20,000 nt of DNA, taken from assembly GCA_038087875.1 (NCBI GenBank), contig JAXLNO010000316.1, positions 234,257 to 254,256 of the forward strand. Reading direction: 5' to 3'. The notes under the pieces were generated by a model. The model was given only the letters and a program-made list of their open reading frames with translations. It made no database searches and was not told where the DNA came from. Each line of letters opens with the position of its first letter. The first letter of the stretch is position 1. The stretch comes from Malacoraja senta (Eukaryota). The translations under genes were made by a program, and so were the position numbers. Below, in pieces: positions 1 to 11,399 of the stretch.

Positions 1-331
<331 letters not shown>

Positions 332-363
332 TCAGCCGCCATGTGATGTATTGCTTGTGTTAC

Positions 364-678
364 CTTCACATGCAACACCTGCATCCTCCCCGTGGCGACA
401 GTTGTGTTTCCCCCAAGGGTCTGACTGACACTGCCAAAGGGTCGACTCGTGCGAATTACATTCCTTCTCATCGAGCCATATGGGCCCAGAACCCGCTCCA
501 TATTTCATGGCGTCATAATAAGATTTGAGAGGTCCACATTTTACTTGTTTACAGATCACTTCCGCTTCCTTTCTGTAAAGCTTCTCGTAGCACACTGTCC
601 CCCATGTCCCGTTGTACCGCACTTCCACTCTCCCTTCACATCGATGCCCACCGTTCACCAGGCGCATCTCTTTGTGCT
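364..678 (-). CDS. SRCR group B domain exon (315 nt, 8 Cys)
   Basis: EHKEMRLVNGGHRCEGRVEV...WGTVC...GPIWLD...CRHGEDAGVACE. Acceptor ttcaCAG at 680-679, donor GAAG|GTAACA at 363. Confidence 0.95.
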
Positions 679-1129
679 CTGTGAACGAAGCGGGTAATAT
701 ATAGATTATCACAATGTTTCCATCAACAGCCAGCAAAGATTCTTTGTTGCTGAACAAAAAGGCGCATCTGGTTTAACAATACAACAAATTGCCGGAAAAC
801 ACTCATCAGCGAGGTTTAGTTGGGAAAAATAACTGCGTCAGGTAATCACAAAGTGAGCTGTTCAGTCAAATTGCCGAAAGTGGAGGGGAGGGGAATATGC
901 ATCTGGCGGTGAAATGTTGTTGGAGTTGTGGGAAATTGCGGAAGATCAAACACTGAAAGTGGATACTGGTGGGATGGAAGTTAAATGAACGAGGAAACAT
1001 TGTTCTTGTCCATGTTGAGGGGACGCGAGCAGTGATTCCAGAAATAACCGAACGGCAATAATTGGTCAATTATTCTAGAATCGTTCGTGAAGAAACCCCA
1101 CGGTTTAACACTTCAAAGGGAACGCTCAC

Positions 1130-1312
1130 TTCACGACCCGCTGGTCCTTTCTTCTAATCCGCCACCAAATTCCCACTCATACTCTGTCCCTTCTCTCTGT
1201 GACCTCCTTCATTGTAAACTCCGTCCCAATAGAAGCTCGAGGAACCACGTTCCATCTCCGCCTGGGAATTTGAAGTTCCACCGCACTCAATAACGAATTT
1301 ATCATCGTTAGG
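1130..1312 (+). mobile_element. Old Penelope-like GIY-YIG C-terminal remnant
   Basis: Frameshifted traces NSHS..LLHC..KLEE..RLG resemble the C-terminus of vertebrate Penelope ORFs as I recall it. Very degenerate. Confidence 0.4.
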
Positions 1313-1870
1313 TGTTTCGATGTTTCTCTCTGAATGTATGACAACTGTCGTTCCTATCTGTCAGTGTTTGGGGGTCAGATTTGTTTTAGGAGATTAACCA
1401 GTCCCATGGTAGTTTCAAAATGTGTTGCGGTCTAGGAATTTTTCTTGAAACATGCGTGTACCACAGAGCGGACATGGACGTTTAGAAGCTGCATGGCATA
1501 TAATTTGGATCTATCGGTTTCAATTGGTAGGTTATGTAGAATCATGATTAAAATCACAGCACGCAATACGAGCAATCCAATTGTGAAAATATATGGGAGA
1601 TTAATTTCGAGAATTAAAGGCTGAAAGTGAAATTGGCAGAAATTCATGAGAAAAAATAATTTTCCAGCACGTCGAAATGACGTTTCACAGTCATACTACC
1701 CATTATAAGTGTATAACATCAAGTGCATAATCGGGGAATCTGGATGGTCTACCCTTCCGTTTCCCGAAAGATAAAAATGCGTGAACTTGAGCTTGTAACT
1801 ACAATTATTTGTATATTCAAATCAAATTTAAATCCAAATCTAAATTATTTGTATATCCAAATGCATTTGA

Positions 1871-1970
1871 AAGGGTACACAAAAATGCTGGAGAAACTCA
1901 GCGGGTGCAGCAGTATCTATGGAGCGAAGGAAATGGGCAACGTTTCGGGCCGAAACCCTTCTTCAGACTG
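1871..1970 (-). mobile_element. Penelope-derived short repeat with minimal hammerhead-like core
   Basis: Minus strand CAGT-CTGAAGA-AGGGTTTCGGCCC-GAAAC-GTT, followed by ...GCTGAGTTTCTCCAGCA. Related copies at ~6213, ~7838 and ~8111. Confidence 0.7.
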
Positions 1971-2106
1971 CATTTGAAATGGGATATGTTCCTCATTGAT
2001 AGATGCTCACATTGCAGGTTATAATGTGAGGGAGTTGCTATTCAACGCAAACGTGCGTTTTACGAAAGACGTTTCTGGAATTGTAGACGACTGTAGGCAC
2101 ACAAGG

Positions 2107-2601
2107 AGATAGAGTTGTAAAGAAGGCGTTAGGTATGCTTGCCTTCGTCTGTCGGGGAAATGAGTATAAGAGTCAGGAAGTCACGTTTCAGCTTTAATTA
2201 GGTTAGGGCGCATTTGCTGTACTGTGTGCAATTCTGGTCGCCCCGTTCCAGGAAGAATGTGGAGACTTTGGAGTGGGCGCAGAACAGCTTGAATAGAGGT
2301 GCAATTTTTAATCACGAGAGGGCAGAGCTTTACGGTGAGAGAGGCAAAGATTAAAGAAGATGTCCGCGACTAGTTTCTCACACAGGGAGTGGCGGGTGCC
2401 TGAAACATGCTGCCAGGGTTGGTGGTGGAGGGAGATAGGATATTGACATTTAGAAGGCTTTTCCATCGGCATATACATATGCGGGGAATGGAAGGGAAGT
2501 ACAAGGACAGGCAGAGCAGATTAGTTCAACTTGGCATTATGTGCGGCGCGGTATTGTGGGCAGAAAGGCCTGTTTGTGCGCCGCACTGTTGTTTGTTCTA
2601 A
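2107..2601 (+). mobile_element. Degenerate CR1 LINE 3' fragment with internal deletion
   Basis: Traces of VKKAxGMLAF, EYKS, YCVQFWSP and TQGVAGA*NML parallel the ORF2 C-terminus at 12573-13150. Ends in a CR1-type 3' UTR (ggcagaaaggcctgtt...tgttcta). Confidence 0.8.
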
Positions 2602-2819
2602 CTTCCGTGGACCCAGGAAACTGCTGATAGAGAAATCAACAGAGCTGCGCGCGGAATGAGTTTGATGTTGAGTGGGTGACAACTTCCTCAGAGTGAAGCC
2701 TCTGCACCGTTACCCGCAGTCAATGCTCCCTTTGGATGCTGTAAATTATTTATTACATCTCTGGAATGAATCCTCCCATCCCATGCTGCAGGGAATCAGC
2801 AGATTGAAGGTACCCTTAC

Positions 2820-3134
2820 CAGAACACTTCACTGTCACATCTTCTTTATGACTGCAATCGTGTTCACCCAGTGGTGCGGAGGGACACTCCCAGAGATATG
2901 ATTCGTTACCCGAGCATCTTACTTCATCCAACCAAATAGGACCAGGACTTCCTCCACAGTATCCAAGAGGTTTATCTTGCAAAGCATATCCACAACCCAG
3001 CTGCCTGCAGACCACGTTATCATCAAGCAGATCCCATAAGTCATTACAAACTGTGCCCCAAGACCCGTGGTAATAAAGCTCCAGTCGTCCAGCACATGTA
3101 CTTCCACCCCCGGTCAGTCGTAATCGGCGGTGGT
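2820..3134 (-). CDS. SRCR group B domain exon (315 nt, 8 Cys)
   Basis: DHRRLRLTGGGSTCAGRLELYYHGSWGTVCNDLWD...VVCRQLGCG...GPIWLDEVRCSGNE...CSHKEDVTVKCS. Acceptor caaCAG at 3136-3135, donor TCTG|GTAAGG at 2819. Confidence 0.95.
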
Positions 3135-3353
3135 CTGTTGAATAACAACAAGGGAGTTGATCAAAGGTTTAGGTTATTATTGTGTACAATGATCAACATT
3201 TGCATCCAATCTAATCGGATCAATTGATACTATACATAAATACAAGCAAGCCAAACTCAAGTACAATAGATAGAGCAACGGGAAAATACAGAATACTCTG
3301 CTTCGTAGCGCACCAGTTCTATCAACAAAGTCCAAAGTCCTCAATGGGGTAGA

Positions 3354-3761
3354 CAATAGACAATAGACAATGGGTGCAGGAGTAGGCCATTCGGTCCTTC
3401 AAGCCAGCACCGCCATTAAATGTGATCATGGCTGATCATCCACAATCAGTACCCCGTTCCTGCCTTTTCCCCACATCCTTGACTCCGCTAACTTCAAGAG
3501 CCCTATCTAGCTCTCTCTTGAAAGTATCCAGCGAATTGGCCACCACCGCCCTTTGAGGCAAAGAATTCCACAGACTCACAACTCTCTGTGTGAAAAAGTC
3601 TTTCCTCATCTTCTTTCTAAAGGGCTTACACCTTATTCTGAAACTGTGGCACGTGGTTCTGGACTCCCCCATCATCGGGAACATGTTTCCTCACTAGCGT
3701 GTACAAACCTTAACAATCTTACATGTTTCAATAAGATTGCCTCTCATCCTTCTAAATTCCA
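3354..3761 (-). mobile_element. 5'-truncated CR1 LINE (ORF2 C-terminus + 3' UTR, (ATTGTCT)n tail)
   Basis: FFTQRVVSLWNSLPQ...FKRELD. 3' UTR stem GGTGC...GCACC. Candidate imperfect TSD GGGTAGA (3347-3353) / GGGTGGA (3762-3768). Confidence 0.92.
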
Positions 3762-4900
3762 GGGTGGAGGTGAATCGGACAGTATCCTAGCTTAAGGAAG
3801 GACCGTTCATAAGCCCGATAACTGAGAGGAAGAAGATAAGACAGGGGGTCCCCTATGTCATTGCACATTATGTGTGTCACTTGGTCAGAATTTCTGAATC
3901 TGCTTGAGCAATACTATTTACAAGAATTTTACATTTAGCTCAGATATAGCTCAGTGAAAATCTAAAGTATAAGTTGAAACATAAAATGCTGGAAGACTCG
4001 GCGTGTTGGTTACGGTCTGAACCCACAGACTGGCTCTCCGACTTCAAACCCTGCAGAGATACATACATGGACATCACGACCATCCCAGCTGGGTGACCCT
4101 AGCGACCGATTTCTTGGTTCGAGGAACTGCCCTCAGGACCACACTCGGTTCACAGTGGCAAGCATCGCCCATGTCACTCGGTGGCTGTAGATTATTCATA
4201 TAAAACCGGATGTTTTCAGGGTCTGGGCCATGGGCTCCTCATGTCTCCACTCGGGGGCGCTCAGCCGCCAGGGCTGTTAGGCGAAGGGGTGGACCAGACG
4301 GTGGGGAAGCGACCAACATGGCGCTGTGGCTTGTTGTTAAAGCGTCCGACTGTCCGTTCACAATGGGGGTCAGGAGAACTCGGTGAGAACGGGGTGATGA
4401 CGCCCGGATAAACCCCGCTCGCCTAGAATTGCTCATTGGAAGCAGGCCCCGAAATCCCCGTCTGGAGCCAACCCGGCAAAACCACGAGCTGTCCCTCGGA
4501 AATGCCCCAGGTGTTGTTCCACACCACACCAGGGCGTTTTATTGTGTAGACTTCTCCTTCGCACGCTCCACTCCTCACCATCGCCTACCATTGTATATTG
4601 TCCCCAGTGTGTAAGTGAGTTGTAGTCTGGGGGTGGCAGTTGTCGGGAGAACACAATGGACATCTTGTAAAAGGGGATTTGATTATTGGCGCGGAAATTA
4701 TGAGCCCAAGAGCCAGATGCCGATCTAGAGAGATTAGAGAGATTCCTTTATTTGTCATTCAGACCTTTCGGTCTGAACGAAATTTCGTTACATATCTCTA
4801 CAATCTCTACAACATATCTCTACAACTCGAACTTCCTTCTCATTATTAATCTTTCACAAAGTTTATCATTTTTTATTTCAAACTTTGTAACAATATTCAC

Positions 4901-5215
4901 CTGAACACAGGACCCCAACGCCGTTGCTGTCAGTGAGAAACGGATTCATGGTAAATGTGCTGCAATTTCGGAGTTGCGCCTCGTCCCCTTCACAGTGAAC
5001 GTCGTTCACCCACACGGGCAGCTCACTCTCTCCGTACCTTGAGGAATTGTAGGCGAATATGGCGGAGCCGCAGCCCAACTCTCTGCAGACCACGTTGGAA
5101 TCATTGATGTCCCAGGAGCGATCCTGTACTCGCCCCCAGCTGCCATTGTGGTAAACCTCCACTCGGCCGTCGCAGCGGCTGCCCCCATTGCTCAGTCTCA
5201 GAGACCAACTCTCAT
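4901..5215 (-). CDS. SRCR group B domain exon (315 nt) with only 6 Cys (C2 and C7 missing)
   Basis: DESWSLRLSNGGSRCDGRVEV...WGRVQDRSWD...VVCRELGCG...VHCEGDEAQLRNC...GVGVLCS. Acceptor ttgTAG at 5217-5216, donor TCAG|GTGAAT at 4900. Confidence 0.93.
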
Positions 5216-5348
5216 CTACAAAACGAAACAGGTTGACTGAAATTTTGAAACTGAAGCCAAAACATTCCATTCATTATCAACACGTAGCTGGTCTGCTACT
5301 AGTTGTAAGGGTTGTTTGCTGACACAGTTGCCCACATCTTGCCCACAT

Positions 5349-5736
5349 TACCAAACTTCTGAATTCACTGGGATGGAACCTTCTCCAAGACAGACGTAAA
5401 GCTCACCGTTTGACCTGCTTTTACAAAATGTTAAATGTTGAGTTCGATATAGATTACCAAACCTACACCAAAATTATTAGGAGCAGACGAGGGCATTCGA
5501 TCCAATTTGAGATACCTGCTACCAAGACAAATGTGTAAAGGAATTCATTCTTCCCCCGCACAATTAAAACATGGAATAGTCTTCACCCTCCAATAGTTAC
5601 CCAACCAGACGCAACTAAATTTAAGGTAGCTCTTTCTCCAAGAACCCTTTTTTGCTGAAGTCCACCCTCCTCCACCTCCGGTTTAAATTCCACTTGGAAT
5701 ATTTTTGGAGGACCAGGAAACCAGGAAACCAAGAAA
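5349..5736 (+). mobile_element. 5'-truncated CR1/L2-group LINE of a different lineage, (CCAGGAAA)n tail
   Basis: Single frame TKLLNSLGWNLLQDRRKAHRLTCFYKMLN...TNV*RNSFFPRTIKTWNSLH with one TAA at 5536-5538. Tail ccaggaaa-ccaggaaa-ccaagaaa. Candidate TSD CCACAT (5343-5348 / 5737-5742). Confidence 0.85.
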
Positions 5737-6212
5737 CCACATGTCGTCTCGGCAGATAAACAGCACCGGTCACTTTCCTCTGCGTACACGGAAAAGCACA
5801 CCGAGTAATATATGTGTCCAACATAGAGAGCCGGATCCAGCAACAAGAAAAACAACAGTCTATTGGAGAAACACCAGTAAACGATAGTCACCTATTCATC
5901 AAATAGCTAATATACTGATCAGAACTGAATGCAAAACGCTCGGCGAGACTCGCACGTGGCTTTTCCAGAAAGTGGGCGGTGTCTTTTGGAAGTGTTCCTT
6001 TATTTTTGTTCTCTATCAGTAATGGTAAGTGTTCAGTGAGTCAAAAAAACTCGTTAAATAATGGATTTCCCGTTTCTAATTCTACATTGAAAACCCGCGA
6101 AACCGTGCCAGTCTCTCCTCTTACTCGCCCACTTTAAGGTCACAAAGCGTCTAATCGCGCATCCAAAGTGAAACCCATGACACATTGGTGCTGCAAATAT
6201 CATTTATTTATA

Positions 6213-6305
6213 TGTAGGAAGGTACTGCAGATGCTGGTTTACACGGAAGATAGGCACAGGATGCTGGAGTAACTCAGCGGCACAGGCAGCATCTATGGAG
6301 AGAAT
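6213..6305 (-). repeat. Penelope-derived short repeat fragment (no hammerhead part)
   Basis: ctgcagatgctgg...tgctggagtaactcagcgg...gcagcatct is the reverse complement of the 7890-7964 segment and resembles 1871-1930. Confidence 0.65.
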
Positions 6306-6643
6306 GAGTGCCTGGGTATTTCAGTGGCATGTCGATAATTAGAATCCGATCGCCGAGATCGCCATCGTTCTAGTCCCTTTCTAGGAAGAACTTTATTGCT
6401 AAACTTCAGAATGCAGCACTACGCGCTCAAGTTCAGTCTATCGACAGGTCATAGCACTGAAATGACCCCGCTACCTACCAGTGGGGGAGAGATGAAAGAC
6501 AACTGACGTCCCTCTGAAAATAAAACAAAGATGGTTGCCACAATATGGCAGATTCATTAAATTGTTAAGAAAAGTCACTCCTGTGAACATCTCTGCGACC
6601 GGAGAACCTCTACTTTTCCGCACAAAGGACTTTGGTGACTCAC

Positions 6644-6958
6644 CTGAGCAGATGAGACCGGCGTCGTTTCTGTGCGAACAGCTAATCTGACCCCAGGCTG
6701 AGACTGGACAATCAGCTAATCGGGACTCGTTCCCCAGACAACGATAGTTTTCCTTCCACACGGGGCCGGTTCCTTCGCCAAAGTGAGCACCTCCGGGAGT
6801 TGCGGCCACTGCCCCGCACTGTAGGTGTTCACAGACCACGCCGGCAGCATCCAAGCTGAAGTATTTATCACAAACTGTCCCCCACTTGTCTCCGTGTAGA
6901 ACTTCCACCCGGCCAGAACATCTGTTCTTCCCACCCACCAGTCGTGGTCCATGGTTCC
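6644..6958 (-). CDS. SRCR group B domain exon (315 nt, 8 Cys)
   Basis: GNHGPRLVGGKNRCSGRVEV...WGTVC...VVCEHLQCG...FGEGTGPVW...CSHRNDAGLICS. Acceptor aaaCAG at 6960-6959, donor TCAG|GTGAGT at 6643. Confidence 0.95.
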
Positions 6959-7182
6959 CTGTTTTAGTTTTAAAAAACGTGAAGGCAGTTAATTACTCTG
7001 AAAAATAAAGGTACACCGTGAAATTGGAAGATTTGTTTACTGTTTTCACTTTCTGACATGGCTGTCTTCCAAGTGTGAGTGTGCAGTGATATTTCAATAA
7101 TATATTGAATTATATTCAATGCCACAACGTTTTTTTTACATCGGTGTGACGGGATCATCAGTTTACAACACAAGAGATACGT

Positions 7183-7575
7183 CAATAGACAATAGACAAT
7201 AGGTGCAGGAGTAGACCATTCGGCCCTTCGAGCCAGCACCGCCATTCAATGTGATCATGGCTGATCATCCCCAATCAGTACCCCGTTATTGCCTTCTCCC
7301 CATATCCCCTGACTCCGCTATTTTTAAGAGCCCTATCCAGCTCTCTCTTGAAAGCATCCAGAGAACCCGCCTCCATCGCCATCTGAGGCGGAGAATTCCC
7401 CAGACTCACCACTCTCTGTTTGAAAAAGTGTTTCCTCGTCTCCGTTCTAAATGGCTTACTCCTTATTCTTAAACTGTGGCCCTTGGTTCTGGACTCCCCC
7501 AACAACGGGAACATGTTTCCTGCCTCTAGCGTGTCCAAACCCTTAACAATCGTATATGTTTCAATGAGATCCCCT
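7183..7575 (-). mobile_element. 5'-truncated CR1 LINE ((ATTGTCT)n tail), same subfamily as 3354-3761
   Basis: GDLIETYTIVKGLD...GHSLRI...FKRELD...GYGEKA. 3' UTR and 7-mer tail match the copy at 3354. Confidence 0.92.
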
Positions 7576-7719
7576 GTGGGGGGATGTCTTTTATGTTTAA
7601 TGTTAAATTCCATAGTGTTATGTTTATCTTATCTGTGTGCTGCAATGGCAACTCAAATTTCACTGCACCAACTGGTGTATGTGACAATAAATGTCCTATG
7701 TCCTATCTTTACCGTGCAG

Positions 7720-7964
7720 GTCAGGTCCCTTCACATCTCCCTCACCAGGAAGGTCTCAAGGCTCTCCGGATTTTCCTCGATCAGAGACCCAAAGAATTCC
7801 CACCCACTACCCCCTGCCCCCCCTCCCACCCCATAAACAGTCTGAAGAAGGGTCCAGACCTGAAATTGAACCTATCCATGTTCTTCGGGGATGCTGCCAA
7901 CCCCGTGGAGTTACTCCAGCACTTTGTGCCTTAACAAAAAACAGCATCTGCAGTTCCTTGTTTC
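7720..7964 (+). mobile_element. Penelope-like element remnant: RT fragment joined to terminal repeat with hammerhead-like core
   Basis: PHQEGLKALRIFLDQRP resembles the region after the DVxSLYTxIP motif of Penelope RT. Then a C-rich tract and CTGAAGA(7842-7848)-AGGGTCCAGACCT-GAAA, followed by ttactccagca...gcatctgcag. Confidence 0.75.
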
Positions 7965-8110
7965 GATGAAGTAGGTTGAGATCCCGTCTGGAATACTGAT
8001 GGCTTCGGATGTTTCACTACCATGACGGCCTTTGGTTGAGACATAACGTTATACAGGAGGCAAGAACATCTTCTCTCAAGAATTGTAAAAAACCTACACT
8101 TGACCCAGTG

Positions 8111-8200
8111 CAAAAATCAAAGTGTTGGAGTGATTAAGCGGGTCGAGCAGCATCTATGGAGGAATTGATAGGCGACTTTTCCAGTCCGAACCCCTTCAGT
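8111..8200 (-). repeat. Degenerate Penelope-derived short repeat
   Basis: Similar to 1871-1970. Minus strand CTGAAG-GGGTTCGGACTG-GAAAAGTC is a decayed core. Confidence 0.55.
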
Positions 8201-8712
8201 TTTTATAAAAATGCTGCATGACCAAAATTCATTCCGAACCAAGTTAAGAAATCTCAGGATAAATCCGATGTTTTATCCTCATGCATCGTTCTTGCATCCC
8301 TTTCTATGTGTTTTACAGTGTTTCATCGTCAGTAATGTCCTCGTCGCCAGCATCATCGTCAGCACGTTTGTGTTCGACTCCCTCACCTCTTCAGCCGGTC
8401 ATGGCTGCTCTTTTAACACCAAACTCTCCACTCACAACACTGAGATTCAATGCAGGGGTACATTTGTTCACAATCAACTTGAATTGTTCTGCATTAATTT
8501 TTATCAATTAACGGATTTGCTGGCGGATTGCTGTTTCCGCGCATGGATGTCACCTAAAGTAGGTATTCTTAATTCCCCCCATCCTCACTCCACATTGAGA
8601 AACTTATCGCATCAAAATGACATGGCGCTTAATTGCATTGAAGCATTTGTATAAGCCCTTCTTAAAATAAATTCCAACAACCGATCTCTGTGTTTCAGTG
8701 CAATTGAGGTTA

Positions 8713-9053
<341 letters not shown>

Positions 9054-9370
9054 CTGAGAAAGATATGAAGCACGGTAGTATTAGAAATAACTGTATGAAT
9101 AATCTAAAGATGATTCCTCTGGGGGTGAAACTCAAACGTGGCGCTATGATCAGCAGGGTTCCAGTCCGGTCTCCACCGATGTTATTTTTCTCCACCTTCT
9201 TCCCCCGCCCTGTTTATTCAATGTCGGTGGAATGTTTTTGGCCACAGACCCTACAATTTTCGCTGGGGTAAATTGTTGCAAATTGCATTGTGCACTCAGT
9301 ACATATCTGGCACAACCTCGATAAAATAAGTTTATTAAAACAGCCAATGAATCTCTCATGCACAAAGCCT

Positions 9371-9760
9371 TATTTGGGAAAGGTGTGACCTGTACAAAAA
9401 GGACGGGTTGCACTAGAACCCGAGGGGGACCAATATCCTGGCGGGGAGATTTGCAAAGGCTACTGGGGAGACTTTAAACTAGAACGGTTGGGGGGAGGGA
9501 CTCAAATAGAGAAAGCTAGTAGACAGTGTGTGAGGCAGGAGGCAGAGAAGGGAAGCACTCAGACACAACATGTAGGGGGGGAAGAAGAAAAAAATAATAA
9601 ACAGAGAATAAGAGGTGGTAGGTTTCTTAAATGTGTGAGCAGAGAGACAGAGGGGTGTAAAATGAGGGTAGAAGCAATAGGTAGGAAGGTGAAAAGAAAA
9701 AATGGCAGGCAGACAAATCCAGGGTAAAAATCAAAAAGGGCCACTTTTCACCATAATTGT
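9371..9760 (+). mobile_element. Internal CR1 fragment (ORF1 end + ORF1/ORF2 spacer)
   Basis: DLYKKDGLH*N...ATGETLN* plus spacer. Close inverted copy of about 15411-15800. Confidence 0.9.
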
Positions 9761-9762
9761 GC

Positions 9763-11399
9763 ACATAGAAACATAGAAAATAGGTGCAGGAGTAGGCCAT
9801 TAGGCCCTTCGAGCCTGCACTGCCATTCAATATGATCATAGCTGATCATCCAACTCAGCATCCTGTACCTGCTTTCTCTCCATACCCCCTGATCCCTTTA
9901 GCCACAAGGGCCACATCTAACTCCCTCTTAAATATAGCCAATGAACTGGCCTCAACTACATTCTGTGGCAGAGAATTCCAGAGATTCACCACTCTCTGTG
10001 TAAAAAATGTTTTTCTCATCTCAGTCCTAAAATATTTCCCCTTTATCCTTAAACTGTGACCCCCTGTTCTGGACTTCCCCAACACCGGGAACAATCTGCC
10101 TGCATCTAGCCTGTCCAACCCCTTAAGAATTTTGTATGTTTCTATAAGATCCCCCCTCAATCTTCTAAATTCTAGCGAGTACAATCCGAGTCTATCCAGT
10201 ATTTCCTCATATGAAAGTCCTGACATCCCAGGAATCAGTCTGGTGAACCTTCTCTGTACTCCCTCTATGGCAAGAATCTCCTTCCTCAGATTAGGAGACC
10301 AAAACTGTACGCAATACTCCAGGTGTGGTCTCACCAAGACCATGTACAACTGCAGTAGAACCTCCCTGCTCCTATACTCAAATCCTTTTGCTATGAATGC
10401 TAACATACCATAAGCTTTCTTCACTGCCTGCTGCACCTGCATGCCTACTTTCAATGACTTTTGTACCATGACACCCAGGTCTCGTTGCATCTCCCCTTTT
10501 CCTAATCGGCCACCATTCAGGTAATAGTCTACTTTCCTGTTTTTGCCACCAAAGTGGATAACCTCACATTTATCCACATTATACTGCATCTGCCATGCAT
10601 TTGCCCACTCAACCAGCGTATCCAAGTCATCTTGCAGCCACCTAGCACCCTCCTCACAGCTAACATTGCCCCCCAGCTTCGTGTCATCCGCAAACTTGGA
10701 GATGTTGCATTCAATTCCCTCGTCCAAATCATTAATATATATTGTAAATAGCTGGGGTCCCAGCACCGAGCCTTGTGGTACCCCACTAGTCACTGCCTGC
10801 CATTCTGAAAAGGACCCATTTACTCCTACTCTTTGCCTCCTGTCTGCCAGCCAGTTCTCTATCCACATCAACACTGAACCCCCAATACCGTGTGCTTTAA
10901 GTTTGTATACTAATCTCTTATGTGGGACCTTGTCGAAAGCCTTCTGAAAGTCCAGATATAACTCATCCACTGGTTCTCCCTTATCCACTCTACTAGTTAC
11001 ATCCTCGAAAAATTCTATAAGATTCGTCAGACATGATTTACCTTTCATAAATCCATGCTGACTTTGTCCAATGATTTCACCATTTTCTTAATGTGCTGCT
11101 ATCCCAGCTACCCTCCAATCCTCAGGAACTACTCCAGAATCTAAAGAGTTTTGAAAAATTATCACTAATGCATCCGCTATTTCTGGGGCTACTTCCTTAA
11201 GTACTCACGGGATGTGGCCTATCTGGCCCAGGGGATTTATCGTCCTTTAATCCATTCAATTTACCTAACACCACTTCCCGGCTAACCTGGATTTCACTTA
11301 GTTCCTCCATCTCATTTGACCCCCGGTCCCCTGCTATTTCCGGCAGATTAATTAAGTCTTCCTTAGTGAAGACAGAAACAAAGTAGTTATTCAATTGGT
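9763..11399 (-). mobile_element. 5'-truncated, internally deleted CR1 LINE (RT domain), (TTCTATGT)n tail
   Basis: ORF 9855-11048 has LDFQKAFDKV, GVPQGSVLGP and KFADDTKL. Direct copy of 12471-14224, but lacks the 108 bp equivalent to 13825-13932 and is disrupted upstream of 11048. Confidence 0.95.

Noticed and set aside
3100..3120. Frameshift in the SRCR exon suggested by split ORFs 2746-3015 and 2919-3107
   Set aside because: Manual translation (ACC GGG GGT GGA AGT) is in frame. The split is an artefact of start-codon calling.
4790..4826. Short tandem (ATCTCTACA)-like repeat
   Set aside because: It is an ordinary local slippage duplication.
8318..8440. Minus-strand acidic peptide (ADDDAGDEDITDDETL*) as a host exon
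   Set aside because: It has stops and no convincing splice pair. It may be a decayed transposon, but I cannot support that.
9371..11399. Twin-priming 5' inversion of a single CR1
   Set aside because: The inverted piece abuts the 3' tail rather than the 5' end, and no TSD is visible.
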